DNA of 64,000 nucleotides from an uncultured Gemmatimonadales bacterium. Its GTDB lineage: Bacteria > Gemmatimonadota > Gemmatimonadetes > Longimicrobiales > Longimicrobiaceae. The stretch lies in contig OY970303.1 of assembly GCA_963716255.1 (NCBI GenBank), forward strand, positions 2,016,001 through 2,080,000, given 5' to 3'. The first letter of the stretch is position 1. Every line of letters begins with the position of its first letter. Under the pieces are notes generated by a model. That model did no database searches and was not told the DNA's origin. It worked only from the letters and a program-made list of their open reading frames with translations. The position numbers and the translations under genes were made by a program. Positions 56,958 through 64,000 of the stretch are shown here, piece by piece.

Positions 56958-57925
56958 ACCCGTTCGACTCCGAGACCGCGCGGCACCCCGTCACCCGGCG
57001 CCAGCTGCTGCGCGGCGCGGCCGCCGCGGCGGCGGCGCTGGTGCTCCCCGCCCCGCTGCGCGCCTGCGGCCGCGCCGCGCCCGGACCCGCCGCGGGCCCG
57101 CGCCCCTCCCCGGAGGACCGGGCGCGCCTGGAGGAGTGGGTGGGCGTGCTGCGGCGCGAGCGGCGCATCGCGGCCGCCGAGGTTTCAGTGGGCGCGGCGG
57201 CGGCGCGGGTGGGCGAGCTGGCGGTGGGGACGCCGTACGAGGCGTTCACGCTGGAGGCGTACCTGCGCGCGGGGGGGAGCCCGTCGCGAACGGAGCCGCT
57301 GACGCTGTCGCTCACCCGCTTCGACTGCGTGTCGCTGGTGGAGTCGTGCCTGGCGGTGGCGCGCCTGGCCCTGGCGGAGGGCCCGCCCACCTGGGAGGCG
57401 TTCGGGCGGGAGATGGAGCGCATGCGCTATCGCGGCGGGGCGCGGGCGGGGTACGCGTCGCGCCTTCACTACTTCAGCGAGTGGATGGCGGACGGCGAGC
57501 GGCGGGGGCTGGTGCGCGCCCTGGGCGCGGAGCTGGGGGGCGAGGCGGACGCGCGGCCGCTGCGCTTCATGACGGAGCACCGGGCGAGCTACCCGGCGCT
57601 GGCGGACGACGGGGTGTTCCGGGACATCGGCGAGATGGAGCGCTCGCTGGACGCCGCACCCCGCCGGGTGGTCCCCACCGCCCGCATCGCGGCGGTGTCC
57701 GACCGCATCCGCACCGGCGACGTGCTGGCCTTCGCCACGTCCATCCCGGGGCTGGACGTGACCCACTCGGCGTTCGCCTACCGCGACCGGGCGGGCGTGC
57801 TGCGCGTGCTGCACGCCCCGCTCTCCGGCGGCGCGGTGGAGGTGACCCGCGCCACCCTGCCCGAGTACGTGGCGGCCATCCGCCGCTCCACGGGGATCCT
57901 GGTGGCCCGGCCGCTCGCCGGCTGA
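56954..57925 (+). CDS. DUF1460 / AmiA-like N-acetylmuramoyl-L-alanine amidase, Tat-exported
   Basis: TRRQLL Tat motif; GTPY, FDCV..VE, RLHYFSEW and GLDVTH motifs. Confidence 0.85.
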   Translation: MNPFDSETARHPVTRRQLLRGAAAAAAALVLPAPLRACGRAAPGPAAGPRPSPEDRARLEEWVGVLRRERRIAAAEVSVGAAAARVGELAVGTPYEAFTLEAYLRAGGSPSRTEPLTLSLTRFDCVSLVESCLAVARLALAEGPPTWEAFGREMERMRYRGGARAGYASRLHYFSEWMADGERRGLVRALGAELGGEADARPLRFMTEHRASYPALADDGVFRDIGEMERSLDAAPRRVVPTARIAAVSDRIRTGDVLAFATSIPGLDVTHSAFAYRDRAGVLRVLHAPLSGGAVEVTRATLPEYVAAIRRSTGILVARPLAG

Positions 57926-57960
57926 GCGCGCCCCGTGGCGTGAACGAACGGGCGCCGCGC

Positions 57961-57989
57961 TTGCCTTTCCCTCCGCGACGCCCTATAGA
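57961..57989 (+). promoter_or_regulatory. Putative sigma70 promoter of the second susCD pair
   Basis: TTGCCT-17 nt-TATAGA. Confidence 0.45.
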
Positions 57990-58117
57990 AAGCGTACACG
58001 CACCGATCCCGTCTCCTCCAGGCTCCGGCAGGCCGGCGCGGCGCGTCCTCCCCTCCCCCCCGGTCCCCGCCCGCGACGGCGCTCCGGGGGAGCGTCATTC
58101 CACACAGGAGGCTCCTG

Positions 58118-61100
58118 ATGTACCTATCTCGTCTGCGCCGGAAGCTCGGCGCGGCCCTCCTCCTCTGTGCCGGCCTGCTGGCGGGCACGGAAGCGAGGGC
58201 CCAGGGCACCCCCTACACCATCCGGGGATCGGTGGTGGACGGGTCGTCGCAGCCGGTGGCGGGCGCGGCGGTGTCGCTGCGCAGCACCCAGTCGCGCACG
58301 GTCACCGACGCGCAGGGCCGCTACACGCTCGTGGCGCGCGCCGCCGCCGGGTCCTACACGCTGGCCTTCTCGGCGCTGGGCCGGGCGGAGGTCAGCCGGC
58401 AGGTGACGCTGGGGTCGGAGACGGCGGTGGAGGTGGCGCCGGTGACGCTCGCGGTGAGCGCCGTGGAGCTGGAGGGGATCGTGGTGACGGGGACGGGCGC
58501 CCCGGTGGAGCGCCGCCAGGTGGGGAACACCATCGCCAGCGTCTCGGGCGAGGCGGTGAACGAGGCCCCGGGCGCCACCTCGGTGGACCAGGCGCTGCAG
58601 GGCAAGATCACCGGCGCGCTGATCTCGGAGAACTCCGGCCAGCCCGGCGGCGGCGTCAGCATCCGCCTGCGCGGCACCAACTCCATCCTGGGCGGCGGCG
58701 AGCCGCTGATCGTGGTGGACGGGGTGCTGGTGGACAACAACTCGGACGCGCTGGTCAGCTTCGGCGCCAACGCGACCCGCACCGGCGCGGCGCTCAGCAA
58801 CCGCCTGTCCGACATCGCCCCCGCCGACATCGAGCGGGTGGAGGTGCTCAAGGGCGCGGCCGCGGCGGCGCTGTACGGCTCGCGCGCCAACAACGGCGTG
58901 ATCCAGATCTTCACCAAGCGCGGCCGGCAGGGCACGCCGCAGGTGAACTTCCGCACCGAGGTCCAGGCCAGCGAGACGGACAAGCGCCTGGCGCTGAACA
59001 TGGAGCCGCTGGCGGGCCGCGCCGACTCCGCCTTCTTCGGGCGGAGGCCGGGGACGCCGGTGGAGCGCTTCGACTTCCAGGACCAGATCTTCCGCACCGG
59101 GTACGGGACCAGCAACCAGCTCTCGGTCTCCGGCGGGGGCGAGGGGACCAGCTACTACCTGTCGGGGAACTGGAACGCCAAGGACGGCATCCTCCGCTCC
59201 TCGGACTACGACCGGCGCGGCGCCCGGGCGCGCATCAGCCAGCGCCTGAACGACTGGCTGGAGGTGGGCGTGAACGGGAGCTACATCCGGGCGCGCACCA
59301 ACTTCGTCCCGGAGGGCGAGCAGACGCAGGGCGTCTTCACCAGCGTCGTCTTCTCGCCCACGGTGTTCAACCCGGCGTTCGACGAGACCACCGGGCGCTA
59401 CCCGTACAACCCCATCATCGGGGCCAACCCGCTCGACGTCCTGGAAAACTGGATCGCGCGCTCGGACGTGGACCGCTTCCTGGGGAGCGTGCAGGCCACC
59501 GCGACCCCCGTGGCGAACCTGAGCCTCACGGCGCTGTTCGGCATGGACAACTCGCGCGAGGAGAACGTCTACTTCCAGCCGCCCTTCTCCACGGGTGCCA
59601 CGTTCACCGGGTCCATCCAGAACCCCATCCGCAGCATCCGCAAGTACAACAGCGACTTCACGGCCAACTACGACCTGCAGGTCAACCCCGGCTTCGGGCT
59701 CACCAGCACGGCGGGGGTCCGCTACACCTCGGACCAGGTGAACACGGTCCGCGCCGCGGCGTCCGACCTGCCCCCGGGCTCGACGCTGGTCACCGGCGCG
59801 GTGCAGACGGCTTCGCAGGGGCTCACGGAGCTGCGCACCTTCGGCGGGTTCGTGCAGGAGCGCGTGAACCTGGGCGACAAGCTGTTCCTGACGGGCGGCC
59901 TGAACGTGGAGGCCTCCTCGGCGTTCGGCGCGGACCAGCGCTGGCAGATGTTCCCGCGGCTCAGCGGCTCGTACGAGATCGGGCGCGAGCCGTTCTTCGA
60001 CCGCATGAGCGGCGTGTTCAGCACGCTCCGCCTGCGCGCGGCGTACGGCGAGACCGGCGGCCAGCCCCCCAGCGAGTACCTGAACCAGGTGACGTACCTG
60101 AACGTCTCGTTCGCGGGGCGTCCGGGGCTTCGCCCCAACACCCTGTCGCCCAACCTGGACCTGAAGCCGGAGCGGCAGCGAGAGGTGGAGGGGGGCTTCG
60201 ACGCGGGCTTCTTCGACGACCGCGCCTCGCTGGAGTTCACCTACTACGACAAGAAGACGACCGACCTGGTGCTGTCGGTGCCGCTGGCGCCCACCAGCGG
60301 CTTCGCGTCCGAGTTCCGCAACATCGGCGAGCTGAGCAACAAGGGCGTCGAGCTCACCCTGAACACGGTCAACCTGCAGGGCCGCGACCTGGGGTGGACC
60401 AGCCGCCTGTCGTACGCGCGCAACCGCAACAAGATCGAGCGGCTGAACCAGCGCTCGGACATCCTCACCTTCGAGTACCTCAACGCGGTCATCGAGGGGG
60501 AGCCCATCGGCGTGTTCCGCGGCGCGTACTACCCGCGCGACGCCAGCGGCAACATCATCTACAGCGCGGCCGGACTCCCCCGGCGGGCCCGCGGGTGCCC
60601 CACCACGGGGTGCCGGGTCGCCACGGACTCGGTGGTCCTGCTGAAGGTGATCGGCGACCCCAACCCGGATTTCACGGGCGCGCTCAACAACACCTTCACC
60701 TTCCGCGACAACCTCCAGCTCAGCTTCCTGCTGGACGGGCGCTTCGGCAACGACGTGGCCAACTTCACCCGCCGCACCAGCGAGTACTTCGGGGCCGCGG
60801 CCAACGTGGGCAGGGAGATCCGGGGCGACACGCTCCCGGGGACCTACACCATCAACACCGAGCGCAACCTGCTGTACGAGGAGTTCATCGAGGACGGCAG
60901 CTTCGTGAAGCTGCGCGAGATCTCGCTTCAGTACAACCTCGACCAGCCGTGGGTGCGCCGCTTCGGCGTGCGCGACATGTCCGTGCGCGTGGCCGGGCGC
61001 AACCTGTACACCTGGACCGACTACACCGGGCTGGACCCGGAGGTGAACCTGTTCTCCGCCAGCACGGTGGCGCGCGGGGTGGAGTTCGCGACCACGCCGA

Positions 61101-61141
61101 TCCCCCGGACGTTCTCCCTGGCCCTCGACTTCAACTTCTAG
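58118..61141 (+). CDS. SusC/RagA-family TonB-dependent transporter
   Basis: AGGAGG RBS, signal peptide, LEGIVVTG, DIERVEVLKGAAAAALYGSRA, C-terminal FNF. Confidence 0.95.
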   Translation: MYLSRLRRKLGAALLLCAGLLAGTEARAQGTPYTIRGSVVDGSSQPVAGAAVSLRSTQSRTVTDAQGRYTLVARAAAGSYTLAFSALGRAEVSRQVTLGSETAVEVAPVTLAVSAVELEGIVVTGTGAPVERRQVGNTIASVSGEAVNEAPGATSVDQALQGKITGALISENSGQPGGGVSIRLRGTNSILGGGEPLIVVDGVLVDNNSDALVSFGANATRTGAALSNRLSDIAPADIERVEVLKGAAAAALYGSRANNGVIQIFTKRGRQGTPQVNFRTEVQASETDKRLALNMEPLAGRADSAFFGRRPGTPVERFDFQDQIFRTGYGTSNQLSVSGGGEGTSYYLSGNWNAKDGILRSSDYDRRGARARISQRLNDWLEVGVNGSYIRARTNFVPEGEQTQGVFTSVVFSPTVFNPAFDETTGRYPYNPIIGANPLDVLENWIARSDVDRFLGSVQATATPVANLSLTALFGMDNSREENVYFQPPFSTGATFTGSIQNPIRSIRKYNSDFTANYDLQVNPGFGLTSTAGVRYTSDQVNTVRAAASDLPPGSTLVTGAVQTASQGLTELRTFGGFVQERVNLGDKLFLTGGLNVEASSAFGADQRWQMFPRLSGSYEIGREPFFDRMSGVFSTLRLRAAYGETGGQPPSEYLNQVTYLNVSFAGRPGLRPNTLSPNLDLKPERQREVEGGFDAGFFDDRASLEFTYYDKKTTDLVLSVPLAPTSGFASEFRNIGELSNKGVELTLNTVNLQGRDLGWTSRLSYARNRNKIERLNQRSDILTFEYLNAVIEGEPIGVFRGAYYPRDASGNIIYSAAGLPRRARGCPTTGCRVATDSVVLLKVIGDPNPDFTGALNNTFTFRDNLQLSFLLDGRFGNDVANFTRRTSEYFGAAANVGREIRGDTLPGTYTINTERNLLYEEFIEDGSFVKLREISLQYNLDQPWVRRFGVRDMSVRVAGRNLYTWTDYTGLDPEVNLFSASTVARGVEFATTPIPRTFSLALDFNF

Positions 61142-61156
61142 GGAGACCGCAACCTC

Positions 61157-62467
61157 ATGACCATGCAAATCCACAAGCGAACCGCGCGCACGCTGTCCCG
61201 CGCGTGCTCCCTGGCGCTCTGCGCCGCGGCCGGGCTGGGGCTGGCCGCGTGCGACCTGGACCTGGTGAACCCCAACGCCCCCTCCGAGGAGGAGGTGCTC
61301 ACCTCCACCGACCTGTTCCTCACCACGGCGGTGGGGATCCAGTCGCAGTACGCCGACAACGTCCTCGCCTTCGTCCGCGCGCCGGCGCTGGCGACCGACG
61401 AGTGGGGCACGCAGACGCGCGCCCTCGCGGCCGACGTGTCGCTGGTGAGCGGAACGCCCGACCCGTCGTTCGCCGTGGTGTCCGACCCGTTCGCGGCGTC
61501 GTACCGCATCGCGCGGACGGCGGACATCCTGGTGGCGACCGCCCCCTCGCTCAACCTGGGGACCGGGCTCCAGGCGGGGGTGACCTCGCTGTCGCGGCTG
61601 CTCAAGGCGATGTCCATCGGGAACCTGGTGCTCCAGTACGAGCGGGTGCCGGTCAACTACAGCCAGGCGGGCGCGCTCCCGCAGTCGCGGGACGTGGTGC
61701 TGGACAGCGTGATCGCCGGGCTGGAAGCGGCCCGCGCGGACATCGCCGGCGTGTCGGACGCGGACCTCACGGGGTTCCGCGGGCGGGTGCTCGGCACCGG
61801 CTTCGACCTGCGCAGCACGATCGACGCGATGCTGGCCCGGTACTACCTGCTGGACGGGCAGTACCAGAACGCCATCGACGCGGCGGGACGGGTGAACCTG
61901 GGCGTCCTCTCGACGCTCGCGTACCCCACCCCGGGGACCAACCCGGTGTGGAACTACTACGGCGGCCTGCAGTACGTGGGCGCCCGCAAGGTCCTCTTCA
62001 CCGAGGCGCAGGCGGGCGACCAGCGGCCGGCGTACTGGGCGACCCGGGCCACCCGGTTCATCGGCAACCCCGACTCGGTGTACGCCTTCAACCGGTACGG
62101 CGCCCGCAACGACACGTACCTGCTGTACGCGCCGGACGAGATGCGGCTGGTGCAGGCGGAGGCGTACACCCGCCTGGGCAACCTGGCGCAGGCGCGCACC
62201 CTGGTGAACGCCGTGCGGACACAGTGCACCGCGCCCGTCGCGGAGCCGGTGGCCTGCCTGCCGGCGCTGCCGACCGACGCGCTGGACACCGCCGCGGAGC
62301 TGATCACGGAGATCCTGTACCAGCGCCGCTACGAGCTGTTCGCCCAGGGGCTGCGCTGGGAGGACCTGAGGCGGCTGGAGGCGTACACGACCAAGCGGCC
62401 CTCCATGCGCTACCTGCCGTACCCGCTTTCGGAGTGTGAGCGCAACCCGGCGAGCCCGTGCGCGTGA
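61157..62467 (+). CDS. SusD/RagB-family surface lipoprotein
   Basis: Lipobox LAAC; EMRL..AEA and QRRYELF..G.RW.D.RR motifs. Confidence 0.9.
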   Translation: MTMQIHKRTARTLSRACSLALCAAAGLGLAACDLDLVNPNAPSEEEVLTSTDLFLTTAVGIQSQYADNVLAFVRAPALATDEWGTQTRALAADVSLVSGTPDPSFAVVSDPFAASYRIARTADILVATAPSLNLGTGLQAGVTSLSRLLKAMSIGNLVLQYERVPVNYSQAGALPQSRDVVLDSVIAGLEAARADIAGVSDADLTGFRGRVLGTGFDLRSTIDAMLARYYLLDGQYQNAIDAAGRVNLGVLSTLAYPTPGTNPVWNYYGGLQYVGARKVLFTEAQAGDQRPAYWATRATRFIGNPDSVYAFNRYGARNDTYLLYAPDEMRLVQAEAYTRLGNLAQARTLVNAVRTQCTAPVAEPVACLPALPTDALDTAAELITEILYQRRYELFAQGLRWEDLRRLEAYTTKRPSMRYLPYPLSECERNPASPCA

Positions 62468-62505
62468 CGCGGGATGCGTTCGGAACGGCTTTGAACTGCG
62501 GGTGC

Positions 62506-62633
62506 GGGCGTGCCCCCGGCTGGCGCCGGGGTCGGGCTTCGGCTCCGTAACGCACGATAAAACTGTGCGTAACGGAGTCGAGCCCCCGCAAACTGCGCGG
62601 GGTCTCGCCCCTTCGGGCCGAAATCCCTCACGC
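62506..62633 (+). repeat. R1 copy 12
   Basis: Inner stem ACGCACG/TGTGCGT (G-U pair), loop ATAAAAC. Confidence 0.97.
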
Positions 62634-62691
62634 GGCTGCGTGCGTGGCCTCGGCGTTCCGCGGGCGCCCGGGCCACGCGGGTTCCGCATAC

Positions 62692-62730
62692 GAAAGCAGG
62701 GGGCGCCTCGCGGCGCCCCCTGCTTTCTTT
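62692..62730 (+). terminator. Intrinsic terminator
   Basis: GAAAGCAGGGGGCGCC-TCGC-GGCGCCCCCTGCTTTC-TTT. Confidence 0.8.
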
Positions 62731-62749
62731 CCGGTGCGCCGGGCGGCGT

Positions 62750-62778
62750 TTGACTCCCTCGCGCTCCACGGCTACGCT
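62750..62778 (+). promoter_or_regulatory. sigma70 promoter of the MarC gene
   Basis: TTGACT-17 nt-TACGCT. Confidence 0.65.
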
Positions 62779-62829
62779 TCCGGGCTCACGGACCGAGCCG
62801 CACCGCCCCTCCCCCGCCCCGCCCCGCCG

Positions 62830-63489
62830 ATGACGGAAGACCTCAGCGCCTTCGCGCTCCTCTGCTTCTCCTCCCTGCTCGCGATCATGAACCCGCTGAG
62901 CGCCGCGCCCATGTACCTGGCGCTCACCGACGGCTACACCCCGGCGAACCGGCGGCGCACGCTCCGCAACGCAATGCTCACCGCCTTCGCCGTGCTGCTG
63001 GTGTTCGCGCTGCTGGGCGGCACCATCTTCCAGCTCTTCGGCATCACCATCGACGCCTTCCGCATCGCCGGGGGGATCATCTTCTTCGGCATCGGCATGG
63101 ACATGCTCCAGGCCAAGCGCTCGCGCGTCAAGGCGACCGAGGAAGAGGAGGAGGAGGGCCGCCACAAGGAGGACGTGGGGATCACGCCGCTGGGGATCCC
63201 CATGATCACGGGCCCCGGCGCGATCACCACGGTGATGGTGCTGATGACCCAGGCGACGGACGGCCCGCGCGTGGCGGTCGTCTTCGGGGCCGTGGTGGCC
63301 GTGCTGGGGATCGCCTGGGCCGTGCTCACCGCCGCGCCCCGCCTGGTGCGCTTCTTCGGGCAGACCGGGCTCAACGTGATGACGCGCATCATGGGGCTGC
63401 TGGTGACGGTGATCGCGGTGCAGTTCATCGTGGACGGGGCCCGCCCCATCCTGCTGGGGATCCTCCGGGCGGCCGGCGTGGGGAGCTGA
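62830..63489 (+). CDS. MarC-family membrane protein
   Basis: MNP, FRIAGG, PLGIPMITGPGAI and TRIMGLL motifs. Confidence 0.93.
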   Translation: MTEDLSAFALLCFSSLLAIMNPLSAAPMYLALTDGYTPANRRRTLRNAMLTAFAVLLVFALLGGTIFQLFGITIDAFRIAGGIIFFGIGMDMLQAKRSRVKATEEEEEEGRHKEDVGITPLGIPMITGPGAITTVMVLMTQATDGPRVAVVFGAVVAVLGIAWAVLTAAPRLVRFFGQTGLNVMTRIMGLLVTVIAVQFIVDGARPILLGILRAAGVGS

Positions 63490-63552
63490 CCCGCCCGCGG
63501 GCGGCATCGTCCGGGACGGCCCCGCCGCGCATCCGCTCCACCGCGCCACGGC

Positions 63553-63581
63553 TTGCTCCCGTCCGTGCCCTTCGCTATCGT
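63553..63581 (+). promoter_or_regulatory. Putative sigma70 promoter
   Basis: TTGCTC-17 nt-TATCGT. Confidence 0.5.
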
Positions 63582-63624
63582 CCATCCGTGGTTTTCCCGC
63601 CTTGCACCTTCCCCACCCGGATGT

Positions 63625-64000
63625 ATGCCCGTGGTCTCCCCCACCTTTTCCTGGCGCCCGCTCCTGGTGCTCCTGGCGGCGATCGGAGCGCTCGCCGCCG
63701 CCCCCGGCGCACTCGCGGCGCAGGCGGACGTGATCCGCGGGCACGTGACCAGCGTGGAGGGGCTCCCCCTCCCGGGCGTGCGCATCGTCGCCACCTCCAT
63801 TCCCGGCAGCGTCACGCGCGAGGCACGGACCAACAACCAGGGGAGCTACCAGATCGTCTTCCCCGGCGGCCCGGGCGACTACATGATGGGCTTCGCGCTC
63901 CCGGGGTACGACTACCGGCAGTTCGAGATCAAGCGGCTCGCCAACGAGGCCGTGCTGGTGGCCGACGCGCGGCTCTCGGTGATCCAGCTGGACACGCTGG
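63625..64000 (+). CDS. Secreted carboxypeptidase-regulatory-like domain protein (probable TonB-dependent receptor), 3'-truncated
   Basis: Signal peptide then IRGHV...G.PLPGV.I, T...G.Y; open to the window end; absent from the ORF track because there is no stop. Confidence 0.75.
   Translation, partial: MPVVSPTFSWRPLLVLLAAIGALAAAPGALAAQADVIRGHVTSVEGLPLPGVRIVATSIPGSVTREARTNNQGSYQIVFPGGPGDYMMGFALPGYDYRQFEIKRLANEAVLVADARLSVIQLDTL

Noticed and set aside
58124..62689. Very long antisense or alternate-frame ORFs (e.g. 58124-62689, 57136-62439, 9615-12938, 26159-29797, 33334-36132)
   Set aside because: Shadow ORFs typical of high-GC coding DNA: Arg/Gly/Pro/Ala-rich, no motifs, and overlapping well-supported genes.

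Overview
Very GC-rich bacterial chromosomal window. Gene content (SusC/SusD pairs in a high-GC genome, DUF4956-ppk1 operon) suggests Gemmatimonadota, Longimicrobium-like; this is an inference. About 55 plausible CDS are called, including argR, dinB, ppk1, idi, an FKBP, two SusC/SusD pairs, a TPR-GT2-GH26 polysaccharide cluster and a xanthine-dehydrogenase-family pair. No rRNA, tRNA, CRISPR array or transposase was seen. The most striking non-coding feature is a dispersed ~126-134 bp element (called R1 here): 11 full copies and 1 truncated copy, all intergenic. It folds into a multi-stem structure whose stems show extensive compensatory changes while loops and junctions stay conserved. Its hairpin modules are reassorted between copies, one module also occurs as a stand-alone triple array, and R1 is often followed by REP-like (R2) and terminator-like (R3) repeats. 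Two other candidate systems stand out: a five-gene polyphosphate operon with a secreted kinase-like Omp85 protein, and a small CPPxC-ending protein paired with a 7-TM protein. All calls were made by eye, with no database searches.
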